63,155 bases of DNA, filler included, from Octopus bimaculoides (GCF_001194135.2; 6 parts of 6 records of this genome joined end to end with filler, not necessarily neighbours in it), one strand, 5' to 3'; shown: positions 38,540 through 53,158, counted from the first letter of the whole stretch. The notes: generated from the sequence alone by a model not told the origin. Made by a program: numbers and translations.

Positions 38540-38699
38540 CAACACCACCACCACCACTACTACTACTACCACCACCACCACTACTACTACCACCACCACT
38601 ACCACCACCACCACCACCACTACTACTNNNNNNNNNNNNNNNNNNNNNNNNNNNNNNNNNNNNNNNNNNNNNNNNNNNNNNNNNNNNNNNNNNNNNNNN

Positions 38700-38730
<31 letters not shown>
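38540..38730. repeat. (CAC)n/(TAC)n compound trinucleotide repeat with a gap
   Basis: Seen directly. Confidence 0.9.
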
Positions 38731-38734
38731 AAAG

Positions 38735-39052
38735 TGGCACTCCGTCGGTTACGAACACGAATGTTCCAGTTGAGCCGATCGACGGAACAGCCTGTTCGTG
38801 AGGTTAACACGCAAGCGGCTGAGCACTCCACAAACACACGTACCCTTAACGTAGTTCTCAGCGTGACATAGAAAAAAAAATATGACAAGGCTGGCCCCTT
38901 GAATTACAGACACTACTCATTTTTGCCAGCTGAGTGAGCTGGACCAATGTGAAATAAAGTGTCTTGCTCAAGGGTACAACGCGCAGCCACGTTTCGAACT
39001 GACGACCTTACGATCGTGAGACGAATACCCAAACCACTAAGCTACGCGCCTT
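38735..39052 (-). mobile_element. SINE family C head and core joined to the family A 3' tail
   Basis: 38,735-38,915 matches the family A tail; 38,916-39,052 matches the C core and head. Confidence 0.8.
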
Positions 39053-39788
39053 TACGCTACTACTACTACTACTAACAACAACAACAACAACAGCAGCAGT
39101 CTCCATCGACGGCTATCGCCAGATCTCTCATCTGAACAACGGCAACCCTATTACAATCACCATCGCTGGTGACATTACACAGCTTAGACAACAATAACGA
39201 CGACGCCGAAGACGGCCGGCAACAACAGCAAGAACAACACCGAAAACATGTTTAAAAATAGCATTTCAGGCTATCAGAAATGATCTGTCTTTCCAGGATA
39301 TCTGTGGCTAGCGTAATAGCTCCTAACATAACGGTTGCGGATTCATTAGAATAACGTGATATCGTGCCTGTCTTCGTATCGATATCATTTACATAATTGT
39401 GCAAGCGATGTTATCTGTGTTATCGCTCTCTGTATCACAGTGAATTATGGAGTTAAAACGACATATGCGCATGCACCAATGTCCACACGAGCAGGTTATT
39501 TTAGATGAAATGTGTTCATATGCGTGCCTATGAACATTGTATGAATTGCATTGTGCAAAGTGAGTATGAATGTATATAAATATAGAAGTGCGTATATTAG
39601 GCATACATACAAATACATATTAGAGAGACAGAATGGGGAGAAGGAGACGAGGAAGAAGAAGAAGATGCTTTTTTTCTTTTTACAACTGCATTAACCCGAC
39701 TATCGGATGTTCAAAGTGTCGTAGCTTTCGAAAGAGGCCACTGGTTAGGCGAGCAGGTCACTTCCCCACTAAACGGAACTCCAATCAG

Positions 39789-39909
39789 TGCCTTATAATT
39801 TAACACGCTCACCGGTAAAATTTTCACATATTTGTTGTTTATTTTTCTAAAATTTTCGTTGCAACCTTTTCAATAGTTTTTACCGGTGAGTGTGTTAAAT
39901 TATAAGGCA
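39789..39909. mobile_element. Small MITE with 32-bp TIRs
   Basis: TGCCTTATAATTTAACACGCTCACCGGTAAAA versus 39,878-39,909 (31/32 match). Confidence 0.85.
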
Positions 39910-39999
39910 TTAAAAGAGAATGACTCTCCTCAGGCACAACGGAATATGCTTCAACACACGACCTCACATAAAGAATCTTGCAAGCCAAATCCCAAAACG

Positions 40000-40038
<39 letters not shown>

Positions 40039-40199
40039 TCGTGGCACTCCGTCGGTTACGACGACGAGGGTTCCAGTTGATCCGATCAACGGAACAGCCT
40101 GCACGCGAAATTAACGCAAACAACGAGAGAAAAAATGGAAACAGGACAAGTAACACAAAAACGACCCTTAGTCAGCTGTCGGCTGTCTATCTACTCCTC

Positions 40200-40460
40200 A
40201 TTTCGAGCGTGTGTGTGTGTGCATATGTTTGTGTGTATATGTTTGTGTGTCTGTGTTTGTCCCTCCACCATCGCTTGACAATAGATGCTGGTGTGTTTAC
40301 CTCCCCCATAACTTAGCAGTTCGCCAAAATAGACCGATAGAATAAGTACTAGTCTTAGAAAGAATAAAGTCCTGGGTGTCGATTTGTTCGACTAAAAAGC
40401 CGCTGCTCCAGCATGGCTGCAGTCAAATGACTGATACACGTGAGAAAATAAAAGAACACT
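40200..40460 (+). mobile_element. SINE family D 3' module (family A tail fragment at ~40,040-40,120)
   Basis: Homology to the other copies. Confidence 0.8.
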
Positions 40461-40904
40461 GAAAAAAGTAAAATTTCAAATCGGTCCAAATATGTTTCTC
40501 TCTTCTTTCGTTTTGGCGATGAAGTCTTCCAAGAGAATATTCAAAGCGTTTCCATGGCCCACTCCCAAATTTTAGGGTTGCGCTTGAAATTCTGTGTTCC
40601 TGAGCCAATGAACATACAGTTAACCTCGCTGTTTAAATAGCTCTTATAGTTAAATCCCCGGGATATGTAAATTATTTTAGAGTAATTAATTCCTAATTTT
40701 TTAAAATTACTTCTTTACGTTGATAGAGGTTAACATAATTTTTGTTAGATTTTTGTTTTCTTTCTGTAAGTAAGAAAACACTTCAATAAAACAATAATTT
40801 TATTTTTTCGTATGCCAGTCAGTACGTCACCTCTTAATTTATTTATCAAATTTCATGCCATTGACCTACCATGAGTTGTTTTTTTCTTAGCTCGATGTGG
40901 TTTA

Positions 40905-41275
40905 TTTTTAATATTGGTTTCAAATTTCGATACCAACCAGCTGGTTTGAGGTAAGTGCTACGTCTATTAAATCGACCCAGTGTTAAACTGGTATTTATTT
41001 TATCGACTCTGAAAGGAAGAGAGGTCGAGTAGACCTCGGCGGAGTGTGAATTCAGAACATAAAGACGGACGAAATGCCGCTAAGAATTTTGCCCGGATTA
41101 CCAACGATTCCGACAGCTCACCGCCTTAAGTTTATTTTCAATATTGATTTCAAATTTTGGTACAAGGCCAGTAATTTCGGGCGAGTGGGGTGGGCCTAGC
41201 CGATTACATCGATCCCAGTATTCAACCTGTACTTATTATATCGACCTCGAAAAGATGAAAGACAAAATCGAAGTC
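40905..41275 (-). mobile_element. Two family B SINEs (40,905-41,130 and 41,140-41,275), CpG-intact
   Basis: Reverse complement of the B consensus. Confidence 0.8.
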
Positions 41276-41699
41276 GGTACGCGCCCGCGCGCAAACACAC
41301 ACTCACACACCTGCTTAGATACACCAACGCCATCATTATATCTTGAAATACTATATCTTTTTAATCAAACTTTTAAAACTAACTCAAAGCCGATCATATT
41401 TTCATTTATTTTGAATAAGTACACCTTAATGAACTGAAATTTTGCAAATCAAATTTTTGAAAAATATTTAAATACAAATAATTGTCTTCGATGTTTTCCG
41501 CTCATTTGAGACATTAGAAAACAAATACGAAGATTTCTAAATTAAAATTCTGTTTTGCGATGTGGTAGTGCTGATGAGTTCTCGAGCATATAATCTTTAT
41601 AACTAGTAAAGGGTAAGCTTAGCATTTAATTTTATAAGTGTAACATTGAAGCTCCGTAAATGATGGCTTCACCAGATACGACGATTTAAAAGCAAAAAA

Positions 41700-42068
41700 T
41701 CAAGAGCACTCAGAGAGTGCAAACCTCCGCCAGGACAACACCAATGTCCTCTCAATGATTAGCCTGAGATGATTTTTAAAATGAGAATATCTGAAATAAA
41801 ATCAGCTGCTCTCACAAACAAGAATAGAAAAAAATGAACCCGACCGCTCTCAAAAATTAAGTAGAAAAACAATAAAAATAATCCAGAATCCTTGTCCGGT
41901 ACCGGATCGATCCCAAAATGTAATGAGATCATGCTAGTCACGAGGCCAAACATCCTTGAAAGTTTCATCCGAATCCCTCCAGCGGTTCTTGAGATATCTT
42001 GTCCACGAACAAACAAACAAGCACAACTGTAAAACAATACCTCCTCCTTCGCTAAGGCGGAGGTATAT
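41700..42068 (-). mobile_element. Helentron-type non-autonomous element (HINE-like), CpG-intact
   Basis: CCTCCTCCTTCGCTAAGGCGGAGG palindrome, (AAAC)n tract and GAGCACTCAGAGAGTGC hairpin; homolog of 14,603-14,967. Confidence 0.7.
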
Positions 42069-42453
42069 ATCTTCTGTAGACGCGTAGCTACTGGAATTTG
42101 TGTCTTTCATAGGCAGAATGATTCTCGAAGAAATAATTTTTATGAACTGTGTTTAAAGTTTCCCCATGGGAAGAAAAGTAGAGGTGACAACATTTTCTAT
42201 ACTGCAAAAACCTCGAGATCGTTTGACACTTATAAGAATTGTCACAAAAACAACATAAAATAAAAATAAAACGGAAACTTTTTAGAAAAATATATTTCCT
42301 GGTAGTTTTTTCCTGGTACGATAAACATAAATCACGTAATGTTGGTTTTTAATACATTTAGTATATCAAGCCAGAAGTTACAGCGAGTTGGAGGTCATTT
42401 CGTACAGGAAATATGATGGCGGGACATTGAAGAATTGTCATTTAGCTTATCTT

Positions 42454-42491
<38 letters not shown>

Positions 42492-42808
42492 CCATACATA
42501 TACATATCTATATGCACACACACACATTTATATATACATTTACATGAATATATATATATNNNNNNNNNNNNNNNNNNNNNNNNNNNNNNNNNNNNNNNNN
42601 NNNNNNNNNNNNNNNNNNNNNNNNNNNNNNNNNNNNNNNNNNNNNNNNNNNNNNNNNNNNNNNNNNNNNNNNNNNNNNNNNNNNNNNNNNNNNNNNNNNN
42701 NNNNNNNNNNNNNNNNNNNNNNNNNNNNNNNNNNNNNNNNNNNNNNNNNNNNNNNNNNNNNNNNNNNNNNNNNNNNNNNNNNNNNNNNNNNNNNNNNNNN
42801 NNNNNNNN

Positions 42809-42847
<39 letters not shown>

Positions 42848-44099
42848 ATTCATACATTTTTCATAAAAATAACTTCTAAAGCCGACGTAAAACATATTTT
42901 TGCCACGTATTATTGGATTCTATTTTCTCCTTGCTCAAGTCTAATATTATGTGCTGTTCACAAACATTAGAGCATAGTTCTCGAATACCAACACAAAGGC
43001 AACTGAGTAAAATTTAGCAGAATATTCTCGTTAATCTAAGTTAACTGGGGTTTAAATTAGTTTTAACATATTCTGAGTAAGAAACAGTAACTTGACTGAT
43101 ATTCAGTTAGCTTCTGACAGTTTTGCTTTTTAAACCTCTCTATATGAAATGTCACTGACTTAACTACTGCTATATTTTTAATGCGCAGGGCGTCCCTGTG
43201 TACTTTATTAACAATATAACGTTTTTACGTCTGTTTTTTTTCCTTTTGCATCAATTACATCTGAGGTAGAAAGGATTATTAAATAAATACGAACAACAAC
43301 TTTTGGCTCGAAGCCGTTTAATACGGAGACAAACTGTTTGACGAGTTTACATTTTCTCAAGGTACCAACTTATTCAAGGGTTTTGCAATTATTAACAAAG
43401 TAACCAGCAATTTAATGATTCAGATTCCTTGCATAACCTTAAACCATTTAAAATACAATAATATTCATGGTGTGGGCTTGACTCGTATTACGAAAGGCGT
43501 TGCTCTCCTGTAAACCTTACCCTAATGTAGGTAATACTAAACCCATTTTCCCCGTTCATTTCCATGATATGATTAGCGTTACGGAACTCTATGTTAGAGC
43601 AAAGTTTTCATGAATGTAAAGCTTCTGTAACTTGGGGAATGCCAGAATATCATTATCTAAAAATATGGAGCTTCAAATGAGGGAAGCAGAAATAAAAAAA
43701 AAAACAAAAGCGAGGAAGGGGTTATCTTAAAATTTAGTCCCCTGTTCTTCAGTTGAATAGTTCCCCAGAGCTAGAAATAATCTGAAGTGTGTGAAAATAT
43801 GAGGAGAAGAAATGTTGTTATAAGTAGTTTACATTAAAGCTATGTCTCCCAGTTGTTTCACAACGATGGGCGCCACCCATTTCAAAAGGGAAGAAGGCAC
43901 TTACTCTCGTCGTGCTCAATTCAGCTGGCAGATTTTTCTCCCTTGAAAACATTAACAATCTTTCCCTACCTTTCAGCTTCTGTCTTCCTTTCCATTTATT
44001 TAAATAAACAAAAACTAAACGTGAGAATACGATTGAGAGCAGAAGAAAGAAGCAGAATAAAAGAGAAGATCGGTGGAAGAAGAAACAAAAACGTGAAAT

Positions 44100-44212
<113 letters not shown>

Positions 44213-45961
44213 GGATGCTAGGTATATCCCGTCACTTGATCACACATTCCTGATAGAAAGTATGAAGCGGAGGACGAATTTTTACTCTTAGTTTAAATCT
44301 AATTAAAAGCAAATCTCTGATGCAAATTTGGTTAATTCCTTGTCGAATTTGTATCCTATTGAAGTTGAATAATTAGCTTTTCCCCATCTAGCAGCGATTA
44401 TTGATTGTTTTCCTTAACTTGGAATAGTTTAATTTACGTCCAGTTCAACTAAGATCTCCATCGGTCAATTGCTAATTTTCTTTAACATGACGAATGATTG
44501 TATAATTGCATCGCGGCCAAAAGACTTGAGAGATCAAGCAGAAACTTAATTAGAAGACGGAAAGACATGTGATTAGTTAGTGAAGCCTCTTAATTATCAA
44601 TTCATTTCTTATTGACCTCGCAGTCATGGTAGCTTAGGTCTCTCTTAACACGTGACCAGATCATATGATGGTAGCAATTATTTTTCTCCATTCTCTGTTA
44701 ACTTTGCAGATGTTATACAAGACAGAAAAAAAAAAAATAGAAAAGGCAATTTTTGTCTTCTTTCCCAAAGCCTGATTTATCATTATTTTCTTTTCTTTGT
44801 TGGACTTTGGATGTAATAGAGGGAGCAGTGCGTTTCTAGTTAATACCAGATTTAAACAAACGTTAATCTCCTAACGGAATGTATAATATAAGAGCTTTAA
44901 CTGTAAGTGTTGAATTATACTTAGAACACTTGAGTTTAATCGCCAGCTGCTAGCTGTAATTAAACTTGTACGTTTAAGAATTTAACTGTTTGCTACAAAC
45001 ATATATCGTGTGTAATCAGACTTGTAAATTTAACTCCCTGTTTGCTACAAACGCATCAGGTGAAATTATATTTGTACTTTCTGGTAATTAGCAGTTTTTC
45101 CTACACGTATAGCAGAGTTAAACTAGCTGCGCATTAATATGATCTGGCAACAAACGCAAGAGAACTATTTCTCAATAACGAAGTGTTTTAGTGCACGTAA
45201 CCCATTCGTTCTCCCAGAATCTCATGTTAGGAAATAAAACAACAAAATAAATAATAAAATCGTTCCATTGTTGACCTGAAAATGGTAAGACGCGATGATG
45301 ACATTAACAATAATATAGAAAGGTCATATATAAGAAAAAAGAAAAAAACTCAAAGCTTAATCTGTTGTTTCTCTTTCACATAAAATATCTGTGCGCCGTG
45401 TATTCCAAATGCTACGACATCTGTTATCATACGGTGTTGTTTCTTAGTAAGAAGACAACTTGAAGAAAAGACCAACATCTCCAGTAACATCTGTGGAATA
45501 ACAAACCTTACAAATTACATGTACATCGACTTTGCAGACTGTTTCATTCACTCTTTGAAATGGAGACTTCTTTTCCTCCTATTCAAATATCTGTTTAAAT
45601 GGCTCTCTTGAAATAATACACACACAATTCTCTTGTTTTTCTTTTTCATTTCTATTCTACGCAGACAACATGGAATTACAGTCACGTCCGTTGACACACG
45701 AATAAATACATACATACCTACATACATACATACATACATACGTACACGCACACGCACACACACACGCATATACATCTATCTATATATATGTATGTGTATA
45801 TACGCACATGTATGTATATAAATGCACATGCACATCACATGCACACACAGTGGACTCAGAGAAACACTAGAATAGGCAAATGCTTGGGAGATAACTGCGC
45901 GACCCAGGTATAAAAGCAGAGCTTGTGAGAAACGTGTGTATGAGCGCCTGTTCATGTGTGC

Positions 45962-45993
<32 letters not shown>

Positions 45994-46208
45994 NNNNNNN
46001 NNNNNNNNNNNNNNNNNNNNNNNNNNNNNNNNNNNNNNNNNNNNNNNNNNNNNNNNNNNNNNNNNNNNNNNNNNNNNNNNNNNNNNNNNNNNNNNNNNNN
46101 NNNNNNNNNNNNNNNNNNNNNNNNNNNNNNNNNNNNNNNNNNNNNNNNNNNNNNNNNNNNNNNNNNNNNNNNNNNNNNNNNNNNNNNNNNNNNNNNNNNN
46201 NNNNNNNN

Positions 46209-46246
<38 letters not shown>

Positions 46247-47754
46247 TATGTGTGTATATATGCAGATAGAAAAATATACATATACATACATATATATATA
46301 TATATATACACACACGCATATTTTTTTATTTCAGTTATTGTGTATATATACATACATACATTCATATGTGTGTGTGTGTGTGTGTGAATGTATATTGTTC
46401 TGTATGTATATTCTGGTGGGCACCTTGAAGACTTTTTGATAATATATATATATTTGATAGGAGATCCCTTTAAAACAAGAAGTGTGTCGCAGAACCAGGG
46501 GCAGTCTCAAGCGGGTTGGTATCAAAAGGGTAATAAGGATCTTTTGGAAAAGCCCGAAAACCCTACGTCCTATTTCCCTTTTTCTCTAAGGGATCTGTAA
46601 TTGTTCAAAGCAAACTAAAATCATAGCTGTGTTTGTATTAACAAAACTGCGAGGAAAAGAGTTAATTAATAATTAGTGTAGTAATTATTTGACACGAGCA
46701 AGTTTCCATGTTTCCATTTGTTAAAAATTCACTGAGATAATTATTCACTTTTTCTTCTGAAGACTTTATGATTATTGTATAAATTTACATCTGTTGTCAA
46801 TGGTGTAGAATTACTGTGAGAGGGTACAAAGTCTTTGGTACTCATAAGTCAGTGCGAATGAAGTAATGAGATGAATGAATTAAGAGAAATTTCCACTTAA
46901 AAGATGAAATTAAAATAAACTTTACTAATGAAGCTAATTACAATTACGTTAGTTAAACTGTTAACATTTTTGTTTTGTTTTACACCACAAAATAAGCTTT
47001 CAAGTTATTTGATTAAATTAACTGTTTTCTAAGCACGTCAAACTCCATTTGTAATGAATTCATTCCAGTGAGTGCGATCTAACGAAACACCCGGCGCTTA
47101 TGCACTGTTCCCACCTCCTACAGCAATGAATGTACTATCTGTCACGTATAAATATTATTCTAGCAACCATGTCGTTTAGATTCCTGTCTTTAAAGTTACC
47201 ATTTCGAGTGACCCTTCGAAGACGAGGGCGATCCAATTAAGAACGAAGCTTAGCTTCTAAGTGGTTACTCGGCTTGCTAGAAATAACGACCAGGCTCACT
47301 CAACTTACACGCTTCTCTTTTGTAAAAGAGAACACGCAGGATAATGTAGCCCCAAATACATCTAATGAGGTAGGATGGTCCTAGGAGGAATGCTTTTGAT
47401 CATGGATCTTCTTATTTCTGAGCTGACCTGGATCTAAACCAAAGCAGCATGGCTAGGTTCTCTAATCTTAAACAATACACGGAAATATTGAAGTTGAGCG
47501 GGGAGGTAGCATCATCGGGACTGTCGGGTCTTGCAACCAACGTAAGTAGTCTATTAATTAATTCGTACATATCTTGTTTTAATTATTGTATATGGTTTTG
47601 GTAATACTTTTGCAATAAGAGAGTTTAGCATCTCCACTCAGCACAAAACAATATCTGTATTGCGATTATATAATTTTGTCTCACCCCCACATGTGTTTGT
47701 AAGATCCCTGTTAAACGTTTCACTATGTGTTTTATTGTACTGTTCGAGCCCTCA

Positions 47755-48192
47755 ACATTAGTTTTAATTTCTTTCTAATTTGGGGACAATGCCAGAAATG
47801 TTTAGGGGAGGAGGCAAGTCATTTACATCAACTCCACTACACGACTGGTATATATTTTATCGACCTTGAAAAGATAAAAGGCCAAGTCGACGTCAGCAGA
47901 ATTTGAACTCTAAACTACAGAGTCGGAAGATTAACCGCTAAGCATTTTGTCAAACACGTTATCGATTCTCCCAGCTCGCCGCCTTAGAATTATTATTAAA
48001 TCCTATTTTTGCTATAGGCACAAAGCTAGTCGGTAACACCGACCCAGTGATCGACTGGTATGTATTTGATCGACCCTGAAAGGATGAAAGGCAAAGTCAA
48101 CTTCAGCGGCATTTGAACACAAAACGTAAAGCTAGAACGAATGCGGCTGAGCATTTTGTCCAACGCGCTGACGATTTCGCCAGCTCGCCGCT
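47755..48192 (-). mobile_element. Two family B SINEs (47,755-47,985 and 48,005-48,192)
   Basis: Reverse complement of the B consensus; CpGs retained. Confidence 0.82.
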
Positions 48193-49605
48193 TTGATGAC
48201 GGCTTCATTTAATTCTTACAGCGTCAGATAAAAAGCTTTGCAGTATTTTCTTTACGTACTGAGTTCGAATCCAGCTGAGATCAACTTTTCTTTTTATACT
48301 TTCGATGTCAATTTTAGAAAGGCTTATTATTCACTGCTGGCTCAGCTAGACTTGTCTTTTAGTTAATCTCCGAAGCACATGATTTTGACTCGTATAAATG
48401 CATTGAATAGTGTTTTATTGTTTGTTTGGTTTTCAAACTTAATTCATTCACAAACAGCTTCGAACATTTTGTGAGAGTCACCCATATAGTCAAGAAAAAT
48501 GTAAGGTTTCTTTAGATATTTTTTTTTTTATTTTGTCGCGTCTAAGCGTTCTGGAGACATGTCATGTCTTAATACCCCAACAAAAGGAAACGTCTACCCT
48601 CACATAATACACAAAGAGGAAAATAAAACAAACAACAAACGAATAGTGTAACAAAAATATATATATGTGTATGCACATACAAACACACGCACACACACAC
48701 ACATATCTATATGTATATATATATCTTGTTACTACAAAACGCGCAAAAGTATTGCCATAAACGAAACAAAAAGAAAAACGATTTTCTTAGAGATAACAAA
48801 ACCTCAAACACAAACAAAGCCTCAAACACAAACATTCACACACACGCACACACTTTGACGAGTAAAGGCGCTGTTATCACTGTTTGTTCCCGCATTTCTT
48901 TGTTTTCTAGTATCATTTCTAACACACAAATGTTGAATAAGTGTAAAGTATCAAAGAAGAGGTGAGAGTGATTGAGATCTGCGTCTTAAGAAAGCGTAGT
49001 CCTTCTTAAGCATTTTATGGTGGGACTAGAAATAATAATAAAAAAAGAGATCCCTTGTATATACCTCAGAGGATGGGCAGAGGTGTTTGGGTTAGAGGGA
49101 GAAAAAATACCACTATCCCCCTCCTCAACACACACACACGCACACACAGAAAGAAGGGAATCAAATAAAACGTGCGAGAAGGAAGCCATCTTTCTCTGTA
49201 AATATATGAAGTCTCGAAGAACCAAGGAGAAAATGGTGAAGAAAAAAGAAGAAATGATAATTTGCCAACTGAAAAGGAGACGGGGTCCGACTATGTGCGA
49301 CATGCCAACGATAAACTGTTAAAATTAAGCCCTTTTGACAGCCTGTCAACACTGTGCTGTGTGGGGTCCAACCTACCAAGGAATAGACCCACAACGTTTC
49401 TTCTGCGTGTCGTAAACATGGCAATTAAAAGAAGTTGAACTAGGATTTGGACTCCGACGTCGTGAAACCCTCACCAGCAATGACTCTCCATGCGCTGGAG
49501 GGTTGGATCGGCGTAAAGGTGTCACCCGCCAGGGGTACTATGGGATCACTAACAAATGGGTGGATGTGGCAGCAAGCTTTTACAACGCATGCCGTTATAC
49601 TACTG

Positions 49606-49671
<66 letters not shown>

Positions 49672-49699
49672 ATAATGCTACTGTTACAAACAGCACTAA

Positions 49700-49975
49700 T
49701 ACCACGACGACGAGGGTTCCAGTTGATCCAATCAACGGAACAGCCTGCTCGTGAAATTAACGTGAAAGTGGCTGAGCACTCCACAGACACGTGTACCATT
49801 AACGTAGTCCTCGGGCAGATTCAGCTGGCCCTTTGAAATATAGTACAACAGACACAGGAAGAAAGAGTGAGAGCAAGTTGTGGTGAAAGAGTAGAGCAGT
49901 GTTCGCCACCACTACCTTGCCGGAGCCTCGTGGAGCTTTAAGCGCTTTCGTTCAATAAACACCCACAACGCCCGG
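49700..49975 (-). mobile_element. SINE family A, 5'-truncated, abutting a (CTA)n(CTG)n tract
   Basis: Homology to 9,524-9,918. Confidence 0.85.
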
Positions 49976-50764
49976 TTACAGGTTTTAAATCTGTAACAAG
50001 GTTTATGGTAAGTTGCGACTGCGTATAGGAGCCCCAAGCCATGCATATGATATTCTCATAGGAGTTCCTTCAAAGTTCTCGAACCAACTAACTGGGAGCG
50101 ACAAATATTTAGAAAAAAAAAGCAGTAAAAATAAGGCAATGGCGATTTAGCTTGATAAAGTAAATTGTGGAGGTGTTAGCTTAAAATGTTTCGCTAAGCC
50201 TCATTTAATTTATTCTGAGAGAGCCGTTATTCAGGACCAATTAGATATGGTGTCAACAATGGTATTTGTTCGTAGGGAGAGGATTATCACAATTAACAAA
50301 AAATAAGATAAAATAAAACTTCATCGAATTACAGAGAAACACAATTCTGCAATGCAAGCGGTAGATAAAGTTGTTTATTTGTGTGTAACAGTGAGATGTC
50401 TAAATGCTTTAATGCTTTTATCAATGAAAACAAAATCCTTCCGCATTCAGCGTTTCTTTGTGATATTCAACGATACTATAGCATTTGTACATACAATTAC
50501 CAGTGGTGGCCGACTTGTCTACCCTCGTCTGCGCCCTTTTTTAAGAGAAAAGAAAAGAGGTGGCAGGAAAGAAATGGTGTCATCCTCGCTGTCTCGCTGA
50601 CTTTTAACCATACACCTCCAACACCTCCAACGCCTCTTGATATAAAGAAATCTACTTGACCTAATTAAGACATTCTATCTGGATGGAGGAATTGGATTTG
50701 CTTCAGATAAATGTTCATATCTCTTTGTATGACCGTGGGAAAAAAAAAATGAAATCGGAAAATA

Positions 50765-50950
50765 ATATTAGTTTCAAATTTTTGCACAAGGCCAGAAGTC
50801 TTGGTGGAAGGGGCTAAGTCGATTAAACCGAAAGGATGAAAGGTAAAGTCGACTCCTGCGGAAATTGAACTCAGAACATAAAAACAGACGAAAAACCGCT
50901 AAGCATTTCTCCCGGCGTGCTAACAACGATTCTGAAAGCTCACCGCCTTA
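50765..50950 (-). mobile_element. SINE family B with an internal deletion
   Basis: Homology to the other B copies. Confidence 0.78.
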
Positions 50951-51254
50951 AATCGGAAAAATCGAAAAATAATATGAGAATAGTTAAGGATTTTGTTTTT
51001 ACTCCTGTAGGTTCAGATGAAGGAAATATTTGAAATCCCTTCGTAATAGAGAAGGGGATAATCTCACTGGAGGGTAAGATTTCGGATGAGTCAGAGAAAT
51101 ACGACGGTCAGTGTATATATCGCCGTATATGTATCTTATTTGAGATTTGGTTTGATTAACAAGTCAATGGTAGCTGAAGATTTGAACAACAACAACAACA
51201 ACAACGACTATGTCAACAATGATCAATTGCCCGTTGTTATATCACATATTTTCT

Positions 51255-51452
51255 TATTTCTGTTTATCTTCTTTCGCTTTTTTAGTCATAGGACTGCGGC
51301 CATGCTGGGGCATCGCCGTGAAAGGTTTTAGTTTTTTTTAAAGACATTTTTTAAAGCACTTTTTAAAGCTCTTATGCCGAACCACTAAGTTGCAGAAACG
51401 TAAACAAACCAACACCGGTTGTCAAGCGGCGAGAAACACAAACACGAACGCA
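51255..51452 (-). mobile_element. SINE family D 3' module
   Basis: TCATAGGACTGCGGCCATGCTGGGGCATCGCC...CCGGTTGTCAAGCG. Confidence 0.7.
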
Positions 51453-52276
51453 TNNNNNNNNNNNNNNNNNNNNNNNNNNNNNNNNNNNNNNNNNNNNNNN
51501 NNNNNNNNNNNNNNNNNNNNNNNNNNNNNNNNNNNNNNNNNNNNNNNNNNNNNNNNNNNNNNGTTTCCGTCAGCCAATTTCACTCACTGTCCGGATGATT
51601 TGCGTTCCTGTCCAATTTTGTATATATATATATATACAAATATATAAAAACGCTACGCACAATCTTTTAGATGATATAAATCAATATCCAATGATACATG
51701 TCTACGTAACCAGGGCTCTTAGTAGCATTATCATTGCACTAATCCCTATAGTATTTATTTATTTATTGGTAGCAAGCCACTGCATAATTAGATTAGAGCT
51801 GTACCCTATAGACTCGTAAGGTCCCCGGGGCAACTGGCCAGTCTGCCCAAGCCTTAAGACGACACTGTGCGTAACGCCAGGAATATATGAAGATGTATAA
51901 AGAGTGATAAAGGATATATTAAGAGTGATAAAGATGAGTTGTTAGATAGTTGCATGTATTTTAAGAGAGCTATCTAATAACATTTAAGAAATGAACAGTT
52001 CAAGAGGACAGCCATCCACCATGAAATGATAATAAATATGAAAAATGTCAGCCAATGATAATGAAAAAGAAAAACGCACACACACAAAAAGAAAACAAAG
52101 AAAAACATTGGAAACTGAATAATGGCAAAATATTAACCTGGATAGATGGCGCTGTGAACGAAATGCAATCTGTGTCAGAAAGCAGTTGACATGTAAACTC
52201 TATTAATTCTGACACGTTATAAGAATTCGTTTCTGTAATAATTCCGTTTGGTGATATTAAGCTTATAATAATAATG

Positions 52277-52320
<44 letters not shown>

Positions 52321-52952
52321 TCTTTCAGTAGCTGTGTTTAAATGATGCGCGCTAAGCATTGATGCAACCAATATGGAGAGACTATTTTTTTATGAAACTC
52401 GACATGGAATCTTAATAAAATACATTTTCGGGAAAGAATTTATCTCGTACTATTTTAAGTACTTCCGGAATATATTCCATTCAGAAATATCAAAAGGAAC
52501 TTTTATATTTCATTATTTATTTATTTTCTTAATGTAATGGTAACTTTAGATGAATCAAGGCATTTAAAGAGAATTCCAATGAGCCCATCCAGCATTTGAC
52601 ACCAGCACTTATATTTATACACGCGCGCACACACACATACACACACAGATAATAGCATATAGAATATAGGGTCTTTGAAACCCCTTGGATGAAAAATATC
52701 GTATGTATATATGTATGCACTGCCTTTACGTATTAAATGTTCACTTGTCTATAATTAGGAAAGAAAAAATGTTTCTATTTCATAAAAACTACAGAAATCA
52801 GTTGTAAAAAAACACTCAATAATATAAATATAGAGTTATTATTTCTATTATTAATAAACAACTGAAATGAACGTTTTTCAGTTATCGATTTGATGTCAAA
52901 AGCAGAAATTTACCGAGATAATTTTATCGTTCAACAGAATAAGATACAAACT

Positions 52953-53158
52953 ATGGCGGCGAACTGGCAGGGGCATGCCGGGCAAAATGCTTAACGGTAT
53001 TTCATCTGTCTCTACGTTCTGAGTTCAAATTCCACCGAGGTCGATTTTGCTTTTCATCTTTTTGGGGTCGATAAGTTAAGTACCAGTTGCGTACAGGGGT
53101 TGATCTAATCGACTGGCCCCCTCCCCAAAAATTTTGGGCCTTGTGCCTAGAGTAGGTA
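52953..53158 (+). mobile_element. SINE family B with TSD
   Basis: AGAATAAGATACAAA (52936-52950) and AGAATAATATACAAA (53159-53173): a 15-bp TSD with 1 mismatch. Confidence 0.88.

Noticed and set aside
45909-45916. TATAAAAG box as a core promoter
   Set aside because: No initiator or supported downstream exon; it lies between microsatellites in probably repeat-derived sequence.
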